Shown: positions 40,844 through 50,886, counted from the first letter of the stretch. The stretch is DNA of 64,000 nt from a virus (IMGVR_UViG_3300035208_004923:320001-384000), one strand, 5' to 3'. A program made the numbers and translations. The notes: generated from the letters alone by a model not told the origin.

Positions 40844-41687
40844 ACTTTTTCAGTTTATTCTCCAGCATCGGTATAATTACCAATTCAAATGTTTCCTTTT
40901 CTGTTATGTAGTTATCTTTGTTTACCTGACCAATGCTTCTACTTGAAATAGAGCATGTTGATTGTTTGAATACTGATTCAAGAAACTTTGGATCGTCAAA
41001 TTTGATTTCATTATTCTGATTTGCATAACCAACAATTTCATCTTTATATTTTACAGGAATTGTGTATAACTTCATTTTTGTAAGTCGTTCTTCACGTCTT
41101 AATAACGTGTCAGCCCATTTTACACTTGCATTAAAAGTATCAGAATCGTTTTCAGTATTTATCATGCACATTGCTGCTTTTCGATACTCATCATATGTTG
41201 ATTGTTTTTCATTGATTTTTGCAAACTCGTCCTTTGTTTTCCCATCACGCAATTTGACGCGTTTTAATCTGGCTTTGAAATCATCGGTTGCATTTGTTCC
41301 CGCAACAACCGCAATTACTTTATCGTATTTTGATGAATTGCCCAAAGACAATGCTTGTGCACATTCAACTAATACGTAATCTGCATGCTGATTATCGCAC
41401 CACATATCAAATAATGTATTGATATATGGAATCATAAAATCTTCGATTATTTTTTTCTTTTCATGATTTTCATAGAATTCTGTTACGAATTCTCGTTTCA
41501 ATCGAAATTCTTCTGTGAAGCAATCCTCACCAAATACTTTTTTATACACTTCTTGCACTACAGGATTCTTTAATGCAATTCTGTTTTCATTATCAACAAA
41601 AAATACAGGAACGCCAAGTTCTTGGAATTTTTTAGCAACAGTAGTTTTACCTGCTCCAATATTTCCAGTAAGTAATACTTTTAACAT
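40842..41687 (-). CDS. coaE: dephospho-CoA kinase-like protein with C-terminal extension
   Basis: LTGNIGAGKTTV, D, R..RV..RDG, Q motifs. Confidence 0.75.
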   Translation of the reverse strand: MLKVLLTGNIGAGKTTVAKKFQELGVPVFFVDNENRIALKNPVVQEVYKKVFGEDCFTEEFRLKREFVTEFYENHEKKKIIEDFMIPYINTLFDMWCDNQHADYVLVECAQALSLGNSSKYDKVIAVVAGTNATDDFKARLKRVKLRDGKTKDEFAKINEKQSTYDEYRKAAMCMINTENDSDTFNASVKWADTLLRREERLTKMKLYTIPVKYKDEIVGYANQNNEIKFDDPKFLESVFKQSTCSISSRSIGQVNKDNYITEKETFELVIIPMLENKLKK

Positions 41688-41840
41688 TATTTTTTTTCTT
41701 TAAATTGTTTTTTATACGAATTCCATGTTTTCTTACAAGATGTTGTAAACATCGGTTTATCATTTAATCTATCTTCTTCAGATTTATAAATGTAATAAGT
41801 TGTTTGTTCTAAAAAGACTGCTCCGTTGATTGATTCTGTT

Positions 41841-42349
41841 TTAATCATTTTCAATATGTTTTAATTCGTTTGCATACCATTCACCAACCCACCTTTGATA
41901 TCTAGGTTTTACCATAACGTAAAAGCCATTTTGAGAAATAACTCTTCCATATATCGGCCGAGGTTTATTTTCAAATTGTTTACCCAAGTTACCAATAATT
42001 ATAACTTTTTCGCCATTTACATACGTATGTCGGGCTCTTTTTTGTTTTGGTTTTTCCATGATATGCTACTATACATTAATGTTATTCTAATGAACTTATT
42101 ATAACTTTTAATATACAACTATATCAAAAATTATAAGTCAGATATGAATTTCTATTTTGGGTTAATAATTATTTTATATCCTTCAGTTATTGCAATTTCC
42201 ATATGTCCAAAATCAAGACACCGTCCTACTGTAAATCTTGGGTGATTAGATTCAAATATTCTTAATTGAATTCCATCATTATCTTTCCACATGCTGCCTG
42301 CTTGACTTTTAGGTTCCGCAAAGCATACAATTTCTCCGTATTTTGCCAT
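41841..42349 (-). CDS. two small hypothetical proteins (41841-42059, 42152-42349)
   Basis: ORFs. Confidence 0.55.
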
Positions 42350-42365
42350 AATTTAATATTTTATA

Positions 42366-42391
42366 TTATATACACAAAAGGCAGATAGTTT
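42366..42391 (-). promoter_or_regulatory. class II promoter
   Basis: AAACT-N12-TGTATATAA. Confidence 0.75.
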
Positions 42392-42426
42392 AACTTTGAA
42401 AAGTTTTAAAACTTTGAAAACTTTAA
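42391..42426 (+). repeat. four tandem 9-bp direct repeats (consensus AAACTTTGA), putative HTH operator
   Basis: TAACTTTGA AAAGTTTTA AAACTTTGA AAACTTTAA abutting GAATATATAA box (42428-42437). Confidence 0.7.
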
Positions 42427-42457
42427 TGAATATATAAATAAATTAATACTTATAAAC

Positions 42458-42664
42458 ATGACACTTTACACACCTGCGCAAGTTGCAAAATTATTCGGCG
42501 TATCAACTAACACAATCCGAAACTACGAATCTCAAGGTATTATTCCTAAAAGATTGCCAAGCGGTTATAGGAAATACACAATTCAAAACATCAAGGAACT
42601 TGTGGACCTTTTAGGAATTGACTCCGATGAAATTAAAAAAATTCTAACAGATGAACAAAACTAA
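42458..42664 (+). CDS. MerR-like / IS607 TnpA-type HTH protein
   Basis: YTPAQVAKLFGVSTNTIRNYE..G..P.RLPSGYRKY. Confidence 0.85.
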   Translation: MTLYTPAQVAKLFGVSTNTIRNYESQGIIPKRLPSGYRKYTIQNIKELVDLLGIDSDEIKKILTDEQN

Positions 42665-43829
42665 ATACTTTTACGTTTACAAACTTGTACATAAGGAAAC
42701 TGACGAATTTTACATAGGTTCTAGAGTTTGCAATTGTAAACCTGAAAAAGATATAAACTATCTTGGTTCAATGAAAACATGGAAAACCGATAAATCGAAA
42801 CTTTTAAAATCAATTCTTAAAACTGATTTTACTGCGACTGAGGATATGATTGAATTTGAAAGTAAACTTATATCAGAAAACATTAAAAACCCACTAAATC
42901 GAAATTACCACATTCCTAATTTAGGTTTTAGAACACACGGCAAAACTGCAGTTAAAGATAAAGATGGCAATGGGTTTCTTGTTGACGTTAACGACGAAAG
43001 AATACTAACAGGCGAACTTCATCATGCGTGTAAAGGAAAATTTACGGCGCAAGACAGAGATGGAAATACTTTTCAAATTGCAATAAACGATAATATGTTT
43101 TTATCAGGTAACGCTTTCGGTTTAGCGAAAGGGATGCTGCCTGTTAAAGATAAAGATGGCAATACGTTTCAGGTTAATAAAAACGATCCTAGATTTATTT
43201 CAGGCAATGTAACATCAATTTTTAAAGGAAAGGTTGTTGTAATTGATAAAAATAATAATACACTACAAGTAGATACTAACGATCCTAAATATATTTCTGG
43301 GGAATATGTGCATAACACAACAGGAAAGACAACTGTTAAAGATGAAAATGGAAATACGTTCCAAATTAACACAAACGATGAAAGATATGTATCAGGAGAA
43401 CTTCATCATATGAATATTGGTAAAGTTCCTGTTAAAGACAAAGAAGGCAATAGCTTTCAAGTTGCTAAAAATGATCCTCGACTTTTATCTGGTGAATTAC
43501 AGCATGTTACAAAAGGTGCCAACATCGGTAAATGTATCGTTAAAGATGCAAATGGCAAAATATATCGTGTAGATCGTACAGATCCTCGGTTCATATCAGG
43601 CGAACTTGTGCATATTGCAGCAGGAAGAATTACTGTAAAGGACAAAGAGGGTAATACATTCCAAGTTGATAAAAACGATCCTAGATATTTATCAGGCGAA
43701 TTAATCAGTATTAACGCGGGTATGGCGTGGGGAACTGGAAAAGATAATACGCCTATCAGAACAAAAATCGATGATCCAAGATTTAAAACTGGAGAATTAC
43801 AGCGAGGTCGAAAATACAGAATACGTTAG
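42651..43829 (+). CDS. GIY-YIG endonuclease with nine ~32-aa tandem repeats
   Basis: YVYKL...FYIGSR, YLGS, E; repeats G..VKD..GN.FQV..NDPR..SGEL. Confidence 0.8.
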   Translation: MNKTKYFYVYKLVHKETDEFYIGSRVCNCKPEKDINYLGSMKTWKTDKSKLLKSILKTDFTATEDMIEFESKLISENIKNPLNRNYHIPNLGFRTHGKTAVKDKDGNGFLVDVNDERILTGELHHACKGKFTAQDRDGNTFQIAINDNMFLSGNAFGLAKGMLPVKDKDGNTFQVNKNDPRFISGNVTSIFKGKVVVIDKNNNTLQVDTNDPKYISGEYVHNTTGKTTVKDENGNTFQINTNDERYVSGELHHMNIGKVPVKDKEGNSFQVAKNDPRLLSGELQHVTKGANIGKCIVKDANGKIYRVDRTDPRFISGELVHIAAGRITVKDKEGNTFQVDKNDPRYLSGELISINAGMAWGTGKDNTPIRTKIDDPRFKTGELQRGRKYRIR

Positions 43830-44392
43830 TCACGTTTATTGTAAACCGTAAACTCTTCTTCAGGAACGAATACCAATTCGTTTTTAGCACGAGTACATGC
43901 GACGTAGTCTATGTTGCGTTCTTGCTGTATGTCCATATCCTTTTTCGCCCATGGTGCTTGTAGGATTTTTGGTTCAATGATAAATACTTTGTGCGATTCT
44001 AAACCTTTAACTTTATGAATTGTTGAACAACAAATTCCTGCTTTATTATCAGCAAAGATTGCAGCAATCAATGATGTTAATTCAGAAACCTTACTTAAAC
44101 GTTTTGAATCTGTAAGAATTTCCATTACTTGAATTTTTTCTTCGAAATTTCTGTACGATGTTGTGTTTGTTGCCTCTTCAGGTGTCATTCCTAAGCCCAT
44201 CAATTTAACTCTAATTTTTGAAAGGTCACCGTAAAGTGTTGAAATTGCACCTTTAATAGTTGGGCGTTTTGTTTTCTCCAACATTGTGATTAAGTTTTTT
44301 CCTATATCAGAACCTTTAACGTATGCTTTTTTATGTTGAGCAATAAATTTCATACAAAGGGTAACAAGTGGACGAGTTGTACGGCAAAGAAA
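43826..44392 (-). pseudogene. C-terminal fragment of UvrD/Rep-like SF1 helicase
   Basis: STIHKVKGLE, YVACTRAK; in-frame FLCRTTRPL upstream of the ATG at 44353; no Walker A/B. Confidence 0.75.
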
Positions 44393-45235
44393 ATGAAAGC
44401 ACCGATAATTAAAATTTGTCCTTTTTGCTTAATTGAATTTATTGCAAAACGAACAAAGTCAGTTTTTTGTTGTAGATCGCATGCGCAAACATATGCAGCA
44501 AACAAACCCGAACGTATTGCATTAAGTTCTTTAAATGCAAAAGCTAGATGGACGGATGCTACATTCAGAAATCATATGTTAGAAGAAATTAAAAATTTTG
44601 CATCATCTGCGGAATTCAAAGAAAAACAGTCGGTTGTTCAAAAGGAAAGACAATCTCATCAATCGGTAAAAGCGGAAATTAGCAAACGTTCCAAAGAACA
44701 ATGGGCAAGACAAGAAACGAAGGAAAAACAATCTGCATCGCAAAAAATTGCGCAAAATAAGTCAGACGTTAAAGAAAATAAGTCACACAAACTTAAGCAA
44801 ATAACAAATGAATGGCACTGGCGTAAAAGACAATCCCAAAATATGTTAAATTTATGGAAAAATGCAGATTATGCAGAACGTGTATTTGCTGGAAATAAAG
44901 CAGCAATGTATAAACGTTACGATTTTATATTGCCATCTGGCACAATAGTAAAGTTGCAAGGATATGAACCTCGCGCATTGCGTGAACTGTTAGAAACTTA
45001 TCATGAATCAGATATAGTAATCGGCGTTAAAGAAATGAATTCCGTCATAGGAACAATTTCGTATTTGTTTGAAAGTAAAGAAAGAACATATTATCCAGAT
45101 TTTTATATAAAGTCAACTAATACAATAATAGAAGTTAAAAGCACGTGGACGTTTGAATCGGAAAAGGAAAAAAATATAGCAAAAGAACAAAGTTGTTTAT
45201 CAAAAGGATTTGCTTTTAAATTTATTATTTATTAA
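44393..45235 (+). CDS. putative homing endonuclease (Zn finger plus PD-(D/E)xK)
   Basis: CPFC..FCCRSH; LPSG..VK.QGYE, YYPDFYI...IIEVKS. Confidence 0.75.
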   Translation: MKAPIIKICPFCLIEFIAKRTKSVFCCRSHAQTYAANKPERIALSSLNAKARWTDATFRNHMLEEIKNFASSAEFKEKQSVVQKERQSHQSVKAEISKRSKEQWARQETKEKQSASQKIAQNKSDVKENKSHKLKQITNEWHWRKRQSQNMLNLWKNADYAERVFAGNKAAMYKRYDFILPSGTIVKLQGYEPRALRELLETYHESDIVIGVKEMNSVIGTISYLFESKERTYYPDFYIKSTNTIIEVKSTWTFESEKEKNIAKEQSCLSKGFAFKFIIY

Positions 45236-45920
45236 ATCGTGCAAATGCCTTCTCTGTTATAAATATTTTTCTCGACTTTTTAAATTCTAACAAATTCTTA
45301 GACGAAGTATAGCTCATTGCACTTGACAGATAATGTTTAAAATTTTCAACCCAACCGTCAATTGTGTATTCAACAGGATTCATTCTTGTAATTCCTTCCG
45401 ACGTTTTTATTACGTCAGCGCCTAAAGATTTTTGTGCACCTTTAGTACTCATTCCTCTAAATTTTTTGAAAAATTGAGTTCCGTAATTAAATGCAATTTC
45501 TGTTTCCTCTGCATATTGATTCACCTTTTCACCTGGTTCAGTCCAGCCATCGTTCTTTTTATTTTGTTTGTATGTATCGCCACAACTTTCCAATGCTTTA
45601 TTGAAAATTGAACCAATCATACAAAAATCAGCACCTAACGCAAGTGCTTTAAGTATATCTGAGTAACTTTTAAATCCACCATCTGCAATTATTTTTGCAG
45701 GTTTTTCTAATCTTAAAGACATTTCATAGCATTCAGAAATAAGTGATGCCATTGGATAACCTATTCCTGTTTGAACAGTTGTAAGACACCCGCTGTTATG
45801 AACAATAATTCCGTTTATATTATATGAATGATCTGTTTCTATACATAAATCATGTACTGTACCTTCGTAATATTCAACACTTTTTTTTATTTCTATTAAA
45901 TTAAAACTTCGTTTTCCCAT
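45225..45920 (-). CDS. split-intein C-part fused to IMPDH/GMP reductase C-terminal half
   Basis: VHDL...HSY...IVHN|SGCLTT, IIADGG, KALALGAD, FRGMS, SEG. Confidence 0.92.
   Translation of the reverse strand: MGKRSFNLIEIKKSVEYYEGTVHDLCIETDHSYNINGIIVHNSGCLTTVQTGIGYPMASLISECYEMSLRLEKPAKIIADGGFKSYSDILKALALGADFCMIGSIFNKALESCGDTYKQNKKNDGWTEPGEKVNQYAEETEIAFNYGTQFFKKFRGMSTKGAQKSLGADVIKTSEGITRMNPVEYTIDGWVENFKHYLSSAMSYTSSKNLLEFKKSRKIFITEKAFARFNK
45795..45920 (-). mobile_element. C-intein (42 aa)
   Basis: blocks F and G, terminal His-Asn, +1 Ser. Confidence 0.9.
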
Positions 45921-47008
45921 GATTTTATTCTTTTAAATTCGCATTTTAGATATGTTCGTATTTCTTCTTCTCGTATTTTATCTTTCTCTCGTAAGTTCCC
46001 ATTTCTATCAAAATGATATGGCTCATCATATTCATATACAATATTATTTATTTCATCATAGCCATCAACAAAATAACCTAAATCTTTAATATGATATTCG
46101 CCGCCGTTCAATGCATGACATATTTGCGTATTTGTCTTTTTTGCAAGTTTATCAAAATACGTGCAGCCATTTACATTAAAATTGGGTTGATGAATACAAC
46201 CGTTTGGAAAATACATTGCAATACGTTTAAGCATTGTAACTCTAAGATTTCTTCTATGTTCTGTTGAAAATTCGCGGCCTTTTAATGATTCTGATATTTT
46301 ATCTAAAATGTCATTCCATTTATCTGTTTCTTTTAACTTTCGTATCGCGTTTTTCATATTTTGTTTGTATGCTTCAAACTTTATATCTGCCACTTCTTTC
46401 CCATATTTTTCTTCCCACACAGAATAAACAGATTTACCAAACATTGGATTATTATCGCATGAACTCGCAAACTGTTGTCTCACTTTGTACGCTTCAAACT
46501 TTATATCTGCCACTTCTTTCCCATATTTTTCTTCCCATACAGAATAAACAGATTTACCAAACATTGGATTATTTTCGCCATCGTATTTTCCTTTCATCCC
46601 ATCAGACCTATGTTTTTTCATTTCTGGAGAATGCCGTTTATTATAAAACGGATTATTTTCGCCGATAAAATTTTCTTTGATATGATTATCCCACATCGAA
46701 TTGCCTGTTTCTTCACCATACTTTCCAATCCATATTGTCTTCAAAGATTTTTCAAACATTGGATTATTTTCGCCTTTAATTCTGCATTTTCTACATAGAA
46801 AGATTTTATCCAATTTTGGCCGTGATCTTTGAACAGTTTCATGTCCGCAATCGCTGCATATAATTTTATTGAATTTCATATTTGCTTCCTTTGCACGCAT
46901 TTCATTGCCATCAATAAACTTAAATACAAAACAATTTTTATTTTTTAATTCATACGCAATAACTTGAACGTCATCAATATAAAATGTCGGTATTATTTTT
47001 GTTTCCAT
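45896..47008 (-). CDS. free-standing endonuclease (NUMOD3-like repeats plus Vsr-like domain) between split-intein halves
   Basis: GENNP(M)F repeats; GYFVDGYD...YEYDEPYH. Confidence 0.8.
   Translation of the reverse strand: METKIIPTFYIDDVQVIAYELKNKNCFVFKFIDGNEMRAKEANMKFNKIICSDCGHETVQRSRPKLDKIFLCRKCRIKGENNPMFEKSLKTIWIGKYGEETGNSMWDNHIKENFIGENNPFYNKRHSPEMKKHRSDGMKGKYDGENNPMFGKSVYSVWEEKYGKEVADIKFEAYKVRQQFASSCDNNPMFGKSVYSVWEEKYGKEVADIKFEAYKQNMKNAIRKLKETDKWNDILDKISESLKGREFSTEHRRNLRVTMLKRIAMYFPNGCIHQPNFNVNGCTYFDKLAKKTNTQICHALNGGEYHIKDLGYFVDGYDEINNIVYEYDEPYHFDRNGNLREKDKIREEEIRTYLKCEFKRIKSWENEVLI
46367..46572. repeat. near-perfect intragenic duplication with 120-bp period
   Basis: NNPMFGKSVYSVWEEKYGKEVADIKFEAYK encoded twice. 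Confidence 0.85.
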
Positions 47009-47069
47009 TTCTTGTTTATTTTATATATAAAGAATATGAAATGCAAATTATACAAGAATTGGAGTTGGG

Positions 47070-47372
47070 CTAATATTGAATCAATAAATGTGTGTTTTCA
47101 TCCAAATCAACAGCAGATATCCATTTTGCATATGCTGATATGTTATCATCATCGACTATATCTTTATACTTTTTGTCAATAACGTAGTATTCATGATTCA
47201 TTGTTGAACCTTCACCATTAATAAATATTATGTCTTCTTCTTTATTATATGTATATGTTTCTATTACTTTTTGCCATATGTTTGTGTGTGTTAAGACATA
47301 ATCACCAACTTTAACATCTTCTATATTTTTCAATCCTGTTTTTGTCAAAACTTTTGTTCCTCTGATGAAACA
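47070..47372 (-). mobile_element. N-intein (100 aa)
   Basis: block A CFIRGTKV, IEDVKVGD, block B TMNH. Confidence 0.9.
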
Positions 47373-47885
47373 GCCGCCTCCAATACCGCAACGAATTGCA
47401 TCGGCGCCAGCAATTGATAAATCCCAATACGTTTCTGGATTAGCAATATTACCTACCATAAGATACAATTTTGTTCCGTATTTTCTTTTTGCTGCACCGA
47501 TAGCGGATGACAAACTTGCCATGTGTCCATTAGCAATATCAATAAGTACATAATACGTTCTATCATTACCTAAGATTAATTTAGATAATGTTGAATCTTT
47601 TAAAAACAAATCAGTAAATTGCGTTAAACTGTATGATTTAAAAATTTTTGCAAAATCGCTGTAATCTTGAGACCTTGCATCTTGTACTCTTGGAAATACT
47701 GCATATATGTTATTATTCAAAAAATATTCATAGTTATCATTATTAATAACAGTATCCATTGGTGCTGTCATAATTGGTAACATGCCATCATCATTAAACA
47801 AATTGCATTCGCTTCTTGATGAAATTTCCGTCGATACGGATGGGACGATAAGAATATCGTCAAAATCAAATTTTCTTTCTATCAT
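47070..47885 (-). CDS. IMPDH/GMP reductase N-terminal half fused to N-intein
   Basis: DFDDILIVP, APMDTV, IDIANGH, GNIA, GADAIRCGIGGG|CFIRGTKV. Confidence 0.92.
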   Translation of the reverse strand: MIERKFDFDDILIVPSVSTEISSRSECNLFNDDGMLPIMTAPMDTVINNDNYEYFLNNNIYAVFPRVQDARSQDYSDFAKIFKSYSLTQFTDLFLKDSTLSKLILGNDRTYYVLIDIANGHMASLSSAIGAAKRKYGTKLYLMVGNIANPETYWDLSIAGADAIRCGIGGGCFIRGTKVLTKTGLKNIEDVKVGDYVLTHTNIWQKVIETYTYNKEEDIIFINGEGSTMNHEYYVIDKKYKDIVDDDNISAYAKWISAVDLDENTHLLIQY

Positions 47886-48120
47886 CTTTTCCTTTTTTAA
47901 GTGCTTTTTCGATTCCGTCGCATATTGCAACAAAATCTGGGTTTAACGATTGTCTTAAATATACGCCTGTGCCTTGTAATGAAGTTTCGGCATAACACTC
48001 AACAAGTTCGATAATTCTATTCTGAATTTCTTTTTTATTGTGTTTCCAATCAGCGCCTTTTGTTTCTTTTGACATTTCAATCATTTTCATGATTGCTTTT
48101 AGTTCTTTATCAAAATCCAT
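47866..48120 (-). CDS. hypothetical protein
   Basis: 84-aa ORF. Confidence 0.6.
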   Translation of the reverse strand: MDFDKELKAIMKMIEMSKETKGADWKHNKKEIQNRIIELVECYAETSLQGTGVYLRQSLNPDFVAICDGIEKALKKGKDDRKKI

Positions 48121-48123
48121 AAA

Positions 48124-49071
48124 TTAATGTTTTAGTTTACAATTATCAAAATGAAATAATTTAAAATTACTTTTTCCAGATTTTCCACAATGCGGGCATT
48201 CGTACACTGGTCTATATTGGTTTTTTGCAATTTCCCGTTTCTTTTTACGAAATGCTTCACGTTCTTCTTCTGTCATCTTTGCAAAATATGCTTTACTAGT
48301 TTCGCGTAATTTTTCACGCCGTTTCTGTTTATCATCTTCGGACTTTGCATCAATTGTTTGTTTGAATTTTGCTGTGCGTTCTTTAAGTTTATCTTCTGAC
48401 ATATTCAATACACGTTCGCTAGCATCTTTGCGGATTTTTTCTTTATGTTCATCAGTTAAATTATTAAACGCATTCCGTAAATTCTCTTTTTTCAATTCTC
48501 TTTCATCGTCTGTTAAATTACGCCATTGTTGTCTTACATTTTCTTTGCAATTTTCTTTCTGTTCGTTTGTCATGTTAGACATTCCTTGCTTTACCGCATT
48601 TGCAATATTTTGTCTTTCATCTTGCGACAATTTTGACCATCTTTTCTGCATTCCAAGAGAATGCTTTTGCTTTTGTTCTTCCGCAATAATATCAGATTTA
48701 TAAATCTCGGCGTATGTTTTTCCTTTTAATGCATCAGATAATTTTGTTCGTGTTTCCGCAGTAGGACTATAATCCAGTATCAATTTACCGCCGCCAGTGA
48801 TTAAATTCATACATAATGGCTCATTTATTAAAGTGATTGTTACAATTTCTTTTTCTCTTAAAACAACAGATGCTCTATCTTTGCAATATTCTAAAATTTC
48901 AGTTTTAAAATTGTTACGTCCATACTTTTGTATTGAACGCCACAAATATAATCCCGAACCAATGTAACCATCATTCAAATCAAAAGTAGAATGCATACCG
49001 ATATAAAACTTATTATTTATAAGATTTGTTGTTTTATAAATATAATGATACGTGTGAGGTTTCCTTGCCAT
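48124..49071 (-). CDS. GIY-YIG (Seg-like) homing endonuclease
   Basis: YIYKTTNLINNKFYIG.H, YIGSG, C-terminal CPHCGK. Confidence 0.88.
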   Translation of the reverse strand: MARKPHTYHYIYKTTNLINNKFYIGMHSTFDLNDGYIGSGLYLWRSIQKYGRNNFKTEILEYCKDRASVVLREKEIVTITLINEPLCMNLITGGGKLILDYSPTAETRTKLSDALKGKTYAEIYKSDIIAEEQKQKHSLGMQKRWSKLSQDERQNIANAVKQGMSNMTNEQKENCKENVRQQWRNLTDDERELKKENLRNAFNNLTDEHKEKIRKDASERVLNMSEDKLKERTAKFKQTIDAKSEDDKQKRREKLRETSKAYFAKMTEEEREAFRKKKREIAKNQYRPVYECPHCGKSGKSNFKLFHFDNCKLKH

Positions 49072-49116
49072 AACTTTAATTTTTATTTATATATTAAAGT
49101 TTACGGTACATTTTAT

Positions 49117-50643
49117 TCACGCCCAATATCCTCTAGCGTCAGTGCCATCACCCATATCCCAATCACTATCTTTGTCAATGTTGACAACACCAGTTCCTTT
49201 TATGATAGTGTTCATTTCAGCCCATTCTGCATTGGCAAGATCATTAGCTTTTCTGATACATTCTGAACGTTCTTCTGCTGTTTGTTTGCCGTCTGTTGTA
49301 ACCACACGATATAATTTTTCGCCTTTAGGTTTGTCTTTTGTTTCTTCTATTAATTCAAAATCGAATTCTTGGTCATATAGATATCCACAGCGTTCAGCGT
49401 AATCATCTTTTAAATGGTTTTCACAAAGTTCAATCCAACGTTTCATTTGTTTGACTTTTAACCCTTTGCTTGTATTTTCTTCATAACCTTTATCTATATC
49501 GGCTAATAGAATTCCCATTTGAAATTTTTGCATTTCAAGAATATATGCGTAATCCCATGGACGCATTTTAGTTACAACTTTGAAATATTTTCTTAATGCC
49601 CAAAACGTCCATTTTGCATCATAATACAAATCAACCCATTTAAGCCAAAAGTAATATTTAAGATTAAAAAGGAAGATATCTTTTTTAGTTCTTTTCATAT
49701 TTTTTATTTTTTATCTTTTTTGCAATATGCATCCCATGCACATAATATTTCGTAAAATGCATCAGTACTATCTGCTAAATATTCTTTATTATCAATTGTT
49801 GCTTCCATTGGCGTTTCACCAAATTGACAATCATACATAAACCATTCAAGCCAATTCGATTCGCATTCTTCTGGTGTATCACAATGCTCAACTGTTATAG
49901 CCCACAATCTTTGAAATGCCAAATTCAATTGAACAGATAATGTTGATGCCATATTGCCATCAATGTATGTTTGCATGAATTCTGTAAACTTGTTTTCAAG
50001 TTCGTGTTGTTCTTTGACTGCATTGATTATGTAATCAAAATCTTTTTTACTTATCATCATCAATATCTTTAATGTTGAACTCTACATTTCCTGTTCCGTT
50101 CATTTCGATTGTTGCTCGAACAACTTCCCCGAAATCTTCACCTTCCGCAATTTTTGCAAATTCTTTCAATTTGCTTTCGTCCATTTCATTAACTTGACTA
50201 ATGATATCGTACAACGTTTTAATCAGTGCAGCATCGGCTTCAGTTAATAAATTTGCGCCACATTGAGGACATGGTTTGTTTAACCATTCTGCAATTACAG
50301 CATCAGCATCTGTCCATAAGACGGTATTATCTTGCCATCCGCATTTTGGATTATCGCATTTTATCCCGTTGCTTTCGATTTCAACATTTACTTTTTCTTT
50401 TGCCATTTTTTTGATTTTTATTATTAATGTTTCCTTTTCCAAATGATTATCTAAAAAGGGACTGTTCGTTGTGATTGTTCCATCTGCAAGTTCATAATAG
50501 ATTTTGCCATCTACCGAATAAACAAGTGGAATACCACGTTCTTTGTTTTCTAATTGTACTTCACGAATTGCTTTATTACCAATGCTTTGAATTTCAAATC
50601 CTTTTAAGTACAAATTAAGATCATCAAATTTTTTGACTTCCAT
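49117..50643 (-). CDS. three hypothetical proteins (49117-49698, 49704-50063, 50047-50643)
   Basis: packed ORFs; last has CDNPKC..CPQC Zn finger. Confidence 0.65.
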
Positions 50644-50667
50644 AATTTATTTTTTTTACAAACAACG

Positions 50668-50886
50668 TCAAACAGTTGTTTTTATGTACCCATGATTATA
50701 AGGGTCTCCTTCAATGTGGTTTAGTTTATATTCAGCAAGTATTTCAATTACAATGTTTTTCATTGCTGTTGAATTTCCTGTTACAAAAATAACATCAACA
50801 TTTGCATTCCAGTGTCTTTCAATTTCTCGTATAATATCATTTCTAACGGATATGTGAGAACGTCCATGCAAATCTAAAACGTACAT
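50668..50886 (-). CDS. Smr-domain-like protein
   Basis: LDLHG, VTGNS. Confidence 0.7.
   Translation of the reverse strand: MYVLDLHGRSHISVRNDIIREIERHWNANVDVIFVTGNSTAMKNIVIEILAEYKLNHIEGDPYNHGYIKTTV

Noticed and set aside
42458-43829. Intact IS607 transposon
   Set aside because: No serine recombinase catalytic domain and no TnpB; only the HTH and 9-mers.
45920-47070. Group I intron interrupting IMPDH
   Set aside because: Both halves carry intein motifs with their own stop and start, and the flanks are too short for a ribozyme core.
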